A stretch of DNA of 63,187 nucleotides, counting the filler, from Trichomonas gallinae (lineage: Eukaryota): the NCBI GenBank assembly GCA_008369845.1. It is 3 parts of 3 records of this genome, joined end to end, with 100 filler letters (N's around TTAATTAATTAA, not from the genome) between each part and the next. Parts side by side here need not be neighbours in the genome. Positions count along the whole stretch, not along the records: positions 41,987 to 63,187 come from MRSU01000798.1; 2 more parts are not named here. One strand, 5' to 3'. A program made the position numbers and the translations under genes. The notes beneath the pieces were generated by a model, which saw only the letters and a program-made list of their open reading frames with translations, did no database searches and was not told the DNA's origin. Below, piece after piece: positions 44,724-54,521 of the stretch (position 1 is its first letter; each line of letters opens with the position of its first letter).

Positions 44724-46042
44724 GTGATATTAAAAAATAAAAATGGTCAATAGAACGATAAGATTAATTTTTCAATGAACTTTTTTTTGTTGCGACTATA
44801 GCTTTATTTTCTCCCGTAGATTATAAAGAACTAAAAATTGTTTGATAAAAAAAAAACAAATAAACTGTCATGTTTTCTCCGATAGAGATTGAATATGTTA
44901 ATGTTTATGACCGGATATGCATTCCTCGTAGTATATTATTTGGTATTTTCAAAGAAAATCGATATGTTTAACCATAAAAATGTCGATTTTGACATGATAT
45001 TTGGAATATAAACGCCGCATATCTTAACAATACGAAATACGAAAGTTTTATTGGATCGTCGAAAAAATTGACAATTATCGTCAGTTTAAATTCAAAAATC
45101 TGTCACGTTTTTTATTTTGAGGTAAAATGCCAATAACTGGCGTAAATAAATGTTAATGCATTAGAATTGGATTTGGGATGTGATTTATGTCGTGATGCAA
45201 TGGTGAGAGTCTTTCGGATCATCATTCGGTATTTTTCCACGGATGATGATTGTTGCTAATGACTTATCCCGTGATATATTTGGGATATGTATGGCTAGTG
45301 TAGTGAAGCAGTGGTATTCATTATAGGTAAATCGCGAAATTATTATTGTTGTTATATTATTATTTCATCTTAACTGCTTTATTAATGAGGAGGTATTCTT
45401 AAATGCTCTTGCTGCATCATGTTGTTCTAATTAATATGGAAAACGGAAAATATATTTGCAATCGATACTATCAATGTAAACCTTTAAACAGAAATGAAAG
45501 AAAATGCTATTCATGATATAAAAATGCTATATTGCAACTATAAGACATTGAGAAATGAAATATATATCTGAGTCGAATAGTTATTACTATTTAAACAAAT
45601 GACTAAAAATATATATAATTTACATGAGTATATGTAACTAATCTGAGACTAAAAAAGCTTTTAGAAAAAAGAATTTGAAATTGAAATTAAAAATTATTGT
45701 ATTCACTATATCTATAATATGAAAATGTGCAATTTATAATGTTTATAATGAAATGATACTATAGTAGGATAATGAATATGAATTATCGATTTTGAATTTT
45801 GATAATATCTATTTTAAGGATGAAATCATTGAAGATCTCAATATATAAGTTGGATATATGGGTAATATCTAATTACTATGGCCTATATTCATTAATACAA
45901 ATTTATTGAAAATATATATATTTAAAGTTATTATGTGGTTGGTAATTAAAGAGCTCTGTTTCGAATAAATAAAATAGCAATAAAGGATTTAAAAACAATA
46001 AACATGAACAAATAATTCTTGTCAAAGACAAAAAAAATCAAG

Positions 46043-47416
46043 TTATGCCAGGACTTTAACAACACCTTCAAGGAATATTTCTAAGCCTGGCTTGTAAGGA
46101 GTGAACTCCTTGTTTGTGTATTCGGATATTTCTTTCCTATTCTTGATGAAGTAGGAAATAGCATTGCGGCCGCATTCATCGACTATCTTCTCAGGAATTG
46201 GAGGTAATTTATGGATGTGATCAAACTCTGCGTCAACTGTTTGATTTTCAATATAATCTTGAAGTTGAGGAACATAAAGCGTAAGCAGGGGGTCGTTCGA
46301 GAAATTGAAGAACTGTGAAATGGTCTGGAACATTGACTGCAATTTTGGATTCTTAGAAATCAATTTTGGTCCAAGACCACGAAGCAAGAAAATGCTGCCC
46401 ATACCATACAATGGGGCATCCTCAACATCTGGAAAACGATTCTTTGCAGCTTCTCCAGCAGATAACATTAACATTCTCAAAATATTCGGAGGTGGGTTCT
46501 TTTCAAGGATCTCTAGAGTTACTTGGATCAACTCTTCTGTGGATCTCGTGTCAATGATTGCGGATTCGAGCTGCTTGGCAAGGTTATCAAAGTAATCAGA
46601 GCAGAAATAGTTACGAATTGTATTCATTATTCTCGTAACAATGTTCTCACTGCGCAATATGAGAGATGGAGACTTAACCTTTTCCATACAGGTTGGTAAC
46701 ATCGAGTTAATTACGTAAAAGAGTTTGTGCTCATTGAAGCTTGCGTAAGCAATAAAATCAGCCAAATCTCTCATTACAGCTGTTGGAAATGTAATATCTT
46801 GGATTGCAGATAAAATTTCAGTATTTGGCGAAATGAGCATGTTTGTGAGATGTGGTTTAACTACCTGGAACATCTCTATAGTGAATTCATCTGGAATCTC
46901 ATCAGGTAATTCTTGAAATGGTTCGAAAAATATTGATAGCGGATGTAATTTAGATTCTGCTGGATTCATTATAGCGCTGAAACACTTGTCCAGTTTATCA
47001 AATGAACGTTTCATGGTGAATTCGCGTGATTTATTCTCTCCATCAAGTTTATACACAAGATGTCTTCTTAACTTCGTTCTCATCTCTGTAACGGTGCCCA
47101 AATCTTCTACCTTATTATTAGAAAGGTCAACAGCTCTCATTACTTTGTCATTTCCAAATGAAGCATAGTATCTTGTCCCGCGTGTCGCAGGTTGTGGCTT
47201 TGCATACATGAAAACGAATGGACTTGGATGCTTGACTTCATTGAACATCTCCACTAAGCCCTTAACATCAGTTAAATTTCTTAATTGACAACGTTGTTCT
47301 TTAGGAAGCCTATCTACAAACTCTCTTGGCGACAAACTTGTTGTAATATCGATAGGATTGAGCCATGATGCAATCTCATTGTTCACTTTCTCAGCAACAT
47401 TGGTCCTTATGTACAT
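46043..47416 (-). CDS. RasGAP-like protein (paralog A)
   Basis: Arginine-finger-like LILRSEN and an FLR-like motif IFLLRGLGPKLI in a helical domain; colinear with the 48771 paralog. Confidence 0.65.
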   Translation of the reverse strand: MYIRTNVAEKVNNEIASWLNPIDITTSLSPREFVDRLPKEQRCQLRNLTDVKGLVEMFNEVKHPSPFVFMYAKPQPATRGTRYYASFGNDKVMRAVDLSNNKVEDLGTVTEMRTKLRRHLVYKLDGENKSREFTMKRSFDKLDKCFSAIMNPAESKLHPLSIFFEPFQELPDEIPDEFTIEMFQVVKPHLTNMLISPNTEILSAIQDITFPTAVMRDLADFIAYASFNEHKLFYVINSMLPTCMEKVKSPSLILRSENIVTRIMNTIRNYFCSDYFDNLAKQLESAIIDTRSTEELIQVTLEILEKNPPPNILRMLMLSAGEAAKNRFPDVEDAPLYGMGSIFLLRGLGPKLISKNPKLQSMFQTISQFFNFSNDPLLTLYVPQLQDYIENQTVDAEFDHIHKLPPIPEKIVDECGRNAISYFIKNRKEISEYTNKEFTPYKPGLEIFLEGVVKVLA

Positions 47417-48770
47417 TTTAAAAATGTTTTTTTTTTGATTTTTTTCTAGAAATGGAAAGTTATCTATATCATATAAAGATCATAAACATGCAAGAATTAG
47501 GTGCTGTTATTCGTTTGACCAGAGTATTCAAAAATTGAAAACATTGTGAAAATAATTGAAACAATTGAAAAAAATGAACGTTATAATGTGGTTCAAATTA
47601 AAAATCATCGTAGATAAATAGATTAATTGATATGTGTTATATTTATTGAAAAATTTTTGTGAAGGTGGTTAAAAAAATGATAGGAGAAAATAATCACACT
47701 AATCAAATAACTAAAATAAACCCGGTTTTTTTGGTTATGGTTTTTTGTGATCTGAAGTAAATGGGACATATAAACATGTTTGTTAGATAGAAACGGATTC
47801 ATGTTGATCATTAAAAAATATCATATAAGTCAAAAATTGCATATTCGACAACTGCCAAAATATTCATAAAACAATGATATCCACATTTTATCCGTCAAAG
47901 TGTAAAAGTGAATTTCAATAGATAAAACTTTGAGAACTCCAAAAAATTACACCAATCGTTTAGATCTCAGTTCAGGTCCTTCGTCATTCACTATGTATGT
48001 GTCTGTTTTGTAAGGCGCAAATCGATAAACAGAATTTGCGCAAACTTTTACCCGCCAAAGTCAGATTTTGCTGCTTTGAAGTGTCATCAAAGATTGCACC
48101 AAATACGTTAATATATGTTATATATGTAATCTTTACAATGCATATATTTTATAAAAACATATCAACTCATAAATTCAAAAAGAAACTGACAAATATTAGC
48201 AGTAATATGCAATTAGACTTGATATACAAATACTCTAATATGTGCTGTATATGAATATAACACTTTGAAGTGTAAAACTCGTTTATATTTGCGAATATAA
48301 AGCACTTTTTATCAGCGATAAAGCAATTTTCATCTTTTTGATCTATGTCATTCTTCTGAGCAATACACAATGATGTGGGAAAAAATTAGAAATTTTATTG
48401 TTAACAATGAATTAATGAAAAATATTATCATGAAGAATCATAAATCCACACATAACAAAAGTATTTGTGATAATATAAGATTCTTTAGGTGCAAATACTC
48501 AAAGCAAAATAGTTAAATATCATAGAATTTTCAATCATTGATTAAATTTCAAATTTACTTAAAATCCAATGTAGATGTGTTGCATGATAGTCAATACAAT
48601 AATAAACCCCTTTACATCAAAAACAAATCAATTATAATTTTATGATAGAAAGTTATCTTTAAACTATTACTATTACACATCTAAAAGCTAAAATAATATT
48701 TTAAGATACTATTTTAGTGAAATAAATTAGATGGGGTGAAAAAAATTAAAAAATATAAAATTGGTGAATT

Positions 48771-50147
48771 CTATTGAAGGAGTTTGACACAGCTGTCAAG
48801 GAATACTTCCATACCAGGCTTGAATGGCGTGAATTGCTTTGTTGCAAATTCAGTTATTTCTTTTCTTTGTTTGATGAAGTATGTGAAGATTGTGCGGATG
48901 CTCTTATCGATATCTTCGTCAGGAATGGTGCCGAGATTCTGAATTTCGCTGTAATCGATGTCGTTTACGAGATTTCGAAGATATTCTTGAAGGCTTGGAA
49001 CGTAAGGGTTGACATTCGGGTTGTTGGTGAAATTGAAGAACATTGTAATCAGAGAATACTTGAGTTGCAAGTTTGCATTCTTTGGAATTAATTTTGGACC
49101 GAGACCACGAAGCAAGAAGATGTTAGACATACCGTAGAGGGGTGCATCCTTCTCTTCTGGGAATCTATTCCGAGCAGCTTCGCCTGCACACAACATTAAT
49201 AATCTTAAAATGTGTGGAGGAGGATTCTGCTTCAAAACTTCGAGTGTTGCTGGGAGGAATTCTTCAGATGAGTTTGTGTTAACGATGGCCGCCTCAAGTT
49301 TAACAATGAGATCATTAAAGTATGATTGGCAATAATGATTTCTCGCTGTATTCATCATGCGAGTAACAACATTCTCACCACGAAGAATCAATGATGTGTT
49401 CTTAATCTTATCCATGCAAGCAGGCAACATTGAATTAATCATGAAAAACAATTTGTGTTCGTTGATGCCAAGAAAAGCAAGTAAATCACCAAGCTCCCTC
49501 ATGATGTTTGTTGGGAAGGCAATTTCTTGAATAGCAGACAAAATATCTGAATTTGGTGTCAAAAACATGTTCTTGAAGTCGCCTTTGATCATTTGGAATA
49601 CAGCATCTGGAATGTCAGCAGGAATCTCGTCAGGAAGCTCTGTAAACGGTTGCAGGAAAATAGTAAGTGGATGAAGTTTTGATTCGTCCGGATGCATGAT
49701 TGATGCCACGCATTTGTCGATCTTTACAAATGGTTGCTTGACAGTAAATTCCTTCATTTTCTTTTGTCCTTCGATACCGAAACGAAAATCTCGCTTTGGT
49801 TTGGCTTTGAATTTGTCGACTGGTCCAATCTGATTGCTTGTATTAGAACCTAAGTCGAAAATATGCAAATTCATATCAGATCCGAACGTTGCAAAAAATC
49901 TTGTTCCTCTTTTTGCAGGTTGGGGCTTGATGTACATGAAAATGAACGGCTTAGCAGTATTAGCATCTCCGAATTTCTTCACTAATCCAGGAATGTTCGA
50001 GCATATTTTTAATTGATTCCGTTTTTCTTCGGAAAGGCCGCCAATGAATTGCTTAGGTGCTAAACTTGTTGTGATGTCATCAGGCTTCAACCATATCAAG
50101 ATGTCTTCGATGTTTTTCATCGAGGTGTTGGAATCTTGATCGTCCAT
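48771..50147 (-). CDS. RasGAP-like protein (paralog B)
   Basis: LILRGEN and IFLLRGLGPKLI. Shares WL.P.DITTSL, KPQPA.RGTR, ESKLHPL and FTP.KPG.E.FL with paralog A. Confidence 0.65.
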   Translation of the reverse strand: MDDQDSNTSMKNIEDILIWLKPDDITTSLAPKQFIGGLSEEKRNQLKICSNIPGLVKKFGDANTAKPFIFMYIKPQPAKRGTRFFATFGSDMNLHIFDLGSNTSNQIGPVDKFKAKPKRDFRFGIEGQKKMKEFTVKQPFVKIDKCVASIMHPDESKLHPLTIFLQPFTELPDEIPADIPDAVFQMIKGDFKNMFLTPNSDILSAIQEIAFPTNIMRELGDLLAFLGINEHKLFFMINSMLPACMDKIKNTSLILRGENVVTRMMNTARNHYCQSYFNDLIVKLEAAIVNTNSSEEFLPATLEVLKQNPPPHILRLLMLCAGEAARNRFPEEKDAPLYGMSNIFLLRGLGPKLIPKNANLQLKYSLITMFFNFTNNPNVNPYVPSLQEYLRNLVNDIDYSEIQNLGTIPDEDIDKSIRTIFTYFIKQRKEITEFATKQFTPFKPGMEVFLDSCVKLLQ

Positions 50148-51063
50148 TTTGTTGATTGCTTTGAATTCAATTACATAGTTAAACTTTTATGCTATTAGTT
50201 GTATATTAATATATTAGAAAATATCAACTTTTGTAATAAAAAATTTTCGGTAGTTTACACAGAAAACAACGAAATATTTGATATTAAGAAAATATATAAA
50301 GAGCAAAATTCTAAAACAAAAAAGAAATTTATATCGTTCGATCAAGATTTTGAATGGTTTATCAAAATTTTTGAAAATATATATGAAATTTGAATGAGTT
50401 ACATTAAATATTAATATCGGAAAGCGTATAAACTATTATTATGTGTTTTAACCGAATTTTTCCAAAATTTAATTAAATCGAGAATTTATTTAATTTATCA
50501 ATGTATATTATTTTGCAATCAAAATCTTAATGCTTTCAAAAGCAATTGCTATAAAAAGTGACAAAAATAAAAAAACAGATAAAATTTTTCAAATTGTGAG
50601 ATTAAAATGCTGTTGACTACGAATAAATTTATTGATGAAAATCTTGAAGAATTCTTCCGAATTTCATTGGTTTAGCAAAATATTGAATATGTCATCATTT
50701 AATTTTGGAATCGAAATCAGTTTTGTGTATCTATCTTAAATAGCAAGGAAGTAATCTCAACTGAATCAAAATTAATTCTTGCAAATACAAATCGACTAGG
50801 AATCAAAGAATGGACTACTTTAAACGATAATCCTCAACGTAGAGCCCATAGAAATCCACAATATTTGACACGTGAGATAACTTTTTTTTCAAAACCCATC
50901 AACATCAACATGATCATGTTTTAATGGTATATTCCTCTACCTTTGCTATTACTTTTTAGATTGCTAGAGTTTATTTTGTTTTATATGCATTGTTTGATCT
51001 GAAAAATTTAAAAAATTAAATTTGAGTAAAAATTAAAAAAATTCACAAAAAAATTTGATAAGA

Positions 51064-51639
51064 ATGGTTCTTGCTCTCCATAAGATATCAGGAATCAACT
51101 TAGGGGCAATTAACGATCTGGAGGAAGCTGACGATCAGAGTATCAACGATATTGAAAAATTAAGGCAATTATTTGCAGAAGAAGGGACAATCAAATCTTT
51201 TCGCATTATTTTATTAGCACACGATCATAATATACCGATAGTTGTACTTTTAAGGCACTTAAGAACAGGAAAAGTCAGTTTACCAGGCGGAAAAATCAAT
51301 AATGGGGAAAACGAAGAATTAGCAATCAGGCGAATTTTAAGTACAGAGTTTATTATTGACAAGGAATATGATATAGTAGACCACGTTGCTACATGGTATA
51401 GGCCTCAATTCTCAGAGAATTTATATCCATATATGCCAGCTCACGTTTCTACGCCAAAAGAGATAGAAAAATGGTACTTTCTATCAATACAAGAAGGTTC
51501 TATGATTAAAATAAGAACACAGCATCAACCATTCATTTTATCTTTTCAACAAATCCACAACAACATCGAATTTCAAGAACAAATAATTTCGTTTTTACCT
51601 TCCATCATGAGCAAATTCGATTTCTTATACACAGATTAA
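51064..51639 (+). CDS. NUDT21: Cleavage factor Im 25 kDa subunit (Nudix fold)
   Basis: LAHDHNIP, LPGG.I..GE.E..AI.R.L and TWYRPQFSENLYPYMPAHVSTPKE, equivalent to CFIm25 WWRPNFE...YPYIPAHIT.PKE. First ATG at 51064. Confidence 0.85.
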   Translation: MVLALHKISGINLGAINDLEEADDQSINDIEKLRQLFAEEGTIKSFRIILLAHDHNIPIVVLLRHLRTGKVSLPGGKINNGENEELAIRRILSTEFIIDKEYDIVDHVATWYRPQFSENLYPYMPAHVSTPKEIEKWYFLSIQEGSMIKIRTQHQPFILSFQQIHNNIEFQEQIISFLPSIMSKFDFLYTD

Positions 51640-51954
51640 TCAATACGCTTTCTTTTATATACCTCAAATTTTGTCCTGTTTATTTTTAATATTTTGCACT
51701 GCCATTGCTTTTTATAGCTTATATGCATTAAGTTTACATAAGATTTTCAGATAAGTTGAAAATTATTAAATTTCAACTCGAATTAGGTAACAATTGATTA
51801 GATGAATGAAGCACTTTAAAGTTTTCCTTTTATACCAAAAACTTAAAATATTTTTCAATATTAAACATTTCCATGAATAAGTCATATAAATGCATTCTCT
51901 GTATCAAAAATACTGATTTTGATTGTTTTGTATGTAAAATTTGTCATTTCTGAA

Positions 51955-52734
51955 ATGATGGATGTTTCAAAGCAGATACCATTTTCGAAAATGAAAAATT
52001 TCAGAGAGCTTGGCGGATTTTTGACGTCAAGTGGAAAGAGAATAAAGCATGGCATCTTCTTCAGAGGCCCTGCTCTCGATAATTTAAGGACGAAAGAAGA
52101 TTTCGACAAATTTACGAAATTGGGCATCAAAACCATATATGACTTACGCTCAGAAAGTGAAAGGAAAGTCAGACCAGACCCAGTTTTCCCAGGAACAAAA
52201 TTTGTCGGAATTTCCGCTTTACAGAATTGCCCTAGCAGTTCAATTGATGTTACAATACATTACATTCGAACATTAAATCGCGAACAAATCAATGAACTTA
52301 TCAAAATGACGGCAGAAAGATATAAATATATTCCATTTCACAATCCCGCTTACAAAGCTATCTTTAACGACATTGTTGCCGAGAATGTTCCAATCTTATT
52401 CCACTGTTTTGCCGGAAAAGATAGAACTGGCTTAATTTCGGCTTTTATTTTGTCAATGTTTGGAGTTGATTACGAAGATGTCGTCAAAGATTACTTAATA
52501 ACTAACAAATACATGAAATACGCCGTTGACAGAGTTAAAAATCAATTATATAAAGTTCTTCCTCCAAATAGCGACGAAATCATCGACAAATTCGCAGGTG
52601 CGCAACGAGAACACATAGATACAGCCTACGAATCGATTTACAAGAAATACAAAAATTTCGATTTATTTCTCGAAGACAACTACGGAATTACTCCACAAAT
52701 CAAGTCAAAACTATTCGAAACATACCTAGAATAA
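51955..52734 (+). CDS. Protein tyrosine/serine phosphatase, IphP/Y_phosphatase3 family
   Basis: NFRELGG, IYDLRSESE, P-loop HCFAGKDRTG, DYLITN. TCATT Inr at 51944. Confidence 0.9.
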   Translation: MMDVSKQIPFSKMKNFRELGGFLTSSGKRIKHGIFFRGPALDNLRTKEDFDKFTKLGIKTIYDLRSESERKVRPDPVFPGTKFVGISALQNCPSSSIDVTIHYIRTLNREQINELIKMTAERYKYIPFHNPAYKAIFNDIVAENVPILFHCFAGKDRTGLISAFILSMFGVDYEDVVKDYLITNKYMKYAVDRVKNQLYKVLPPNSDEIIDKFAGAQREHIDTAYESIYKKYKNFDLFLEDNYGITPQIKSKLFETYLE

Positions 52735-53098
52735 GCATTCTTCAATGCTTATTTCACTCAATTCGAAAATAGCACAAAAGAATCATTGCATGGAATACGC
52801 ATTAACACACATAAATTTTTATTACAGATTTTGTACTTGTTTGGCACAAAAATTTGATATATTCTGTTATGAACATCTTTGTTTTGCATTTAATGTAGTA
52901 TGATTAAATCATTTAGTACAATGACAATTAAAATAACTTATGTCGTTTCTCGAAATACTGAAATATAAATCTTTTGGAAATTTTATTTCTTCGCAAAACA
53001 AATTTCTTTGGGAAAATGTTTTCATATAGATGGAGTATTACAAACTAATTCTCAAATAAAAGGAAAATCTTAAATATTTATTTTTGATTTTTTTTTTA

Positions 53099-53190
53099 AT
53101 CGAGATTAGATATCATGAATTAGAATATATGATATATGAGAAATAAGCTTTTTATTGATTAATAACTAATGTCCTAATTTTAGAGTTTTA
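53099..53190. repeat. Solo copy of the ~111-bp AT-rich repeat unit
   Basis: ATCGAGATTAGATATCAT...ATATGAGAAATAAGCTTT...ACTAATGT.CTAATT.TAGAGTTTTAA, shared with the units at 54086-54410. Confidence 0.85.
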
Positions 53191-53461
53191 AGGATCGACA
53201 CGTAGGGAATGATACTCTCTAATTTCTAGAAAAACAGACAATATGTTATCGATGAATTATTATAAAAAAGAAGAATTGGCTACAAAGGAATAGCATAAGT
53301 AAAATAATTCGATTTTTTTTTGCTAAAAATGTGAAACTCCGACCATAGCACTTCTATACTATTATCTAAAGGCATAAATACAGCTATAGCAACATCTGTA
53401 CTATGACATTTTAAATTTTTGCCAACACTTTTCATTGTTTTTCAAAAACTGTTTAATAGAG

Positions 53462-53569
53462 TTTGACCCAGTTGGCAGTGCTCAGTCCATCCCAGACATG
53501 ATCAAGAATGACACACTCATCGATGTCCTCGATCAGGACCAGTTATCAGAGTGTTTGAAGTCCTACTAA
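53462..53569 (+). pseudogene. 3'-terminal fragment of an unidentified highly expressed gene
   Basis: FDPVGSAQSIPDMIKNDTLIDVLDQDQLSECLKSY* using ATC/CTC/GTC/CCA/AAG codons like those of Prx and Arf, embedded in AT-rich DNA. Confidence 0.45.
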
Positions 53570-54085
53570 TTAATCGATTTTATAAAGCATTGTCTAAATC
53601 ATGAACAACACCATTTCCTTATGATAATAAATGACAACAAAGTTTGAAATCATAAACACATAATAAAACAAGATTTTAAAAATTCGATTTTTTTTTCTTA
53701 ATAACATTTCAATATACGCCAAGGATGCCATGATATAACTGGAACGATCTAAATTTATCGAAAAGCATCATGTCTGAATAAGAATATGAAAGAAGTGGGA
53801 CTTCAGAATAAATTCTATCTCAATTCATGCAATACTATATAAATGATATGAATATGATACTGCGCATCTTCATTTGGCTTGATTCTTTGTTTCTTTCGAT
53901 GTTCATTCTTGCTTAACTTCTTTGTATATATTGGAGCCTCTGTGCAATAATTAATTGATTTGTAAGCATAGAGTGCAAGAATCCATATGTTCTGTCAACA
54001 AATTCAAAAATCTTTATATAAGCAACATTTCAGGAATGATGCATACGATTTGGCTGCTATTTTAGAATAAATCGATTTGTTTTCG

Positions 54086-54410
54086 ATCGAGATTAGATAT
54101 CATAACTTATAAATTAAAATATATGAGAAATAAGCTTTATAATGGTTTACAAGTAATATTCTAGTTTTACAGTTTTTATAACAAAAAAAAATTTTAATCG
54201 AGATTAGATATCGTAACTTATAAATTAAAATATATCAAAAATGATCTTTTTAATGATTTATAACTAATGTTCTAATTCTAGAGTTTTAAATTCAAAATAA
54301 TTTTTTTAATCGAGATTAGATATCATAACTTATAATATATGATATATGAGATATAAAAATTTTATTGATTATTGATTAATTCTCTAATTTCAAAGTTTTG
54401 AATTCAAAAT
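54086..54410. repeat. Three tandem ~111-bp units
   Basis: ATCGAGATTAGATATCRTAACTTATAA starts at 54086, 54197 and 54309; similarity extends across the whole unit. Confidence 0.9.
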
Positions 54411-54521
54411 TTGAAAAGTTTAAGTATTCGATATAAAAATCAAAAATTTGTGTTTAGAAAGCTAAACTAAAGTGAAATCACAACTCAAAACCAACAAAAT
54501 AAATTTGCTCGTTATTTTTCT

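Noticed and set aside
45200..45260. RNase P/MRP CR-I (GAGAGTC) or box C/D snoRNA (ATGATGA)
   Set aside because: No CR-V partner and no nearby CTGA box D; kept only as an unclassified structure candidate.
54086..54410. CRISPR array
   Set aside because: The sequence between the conserved heads is homologous from unit to unit, so these are tandem repeats, not unique spacers.
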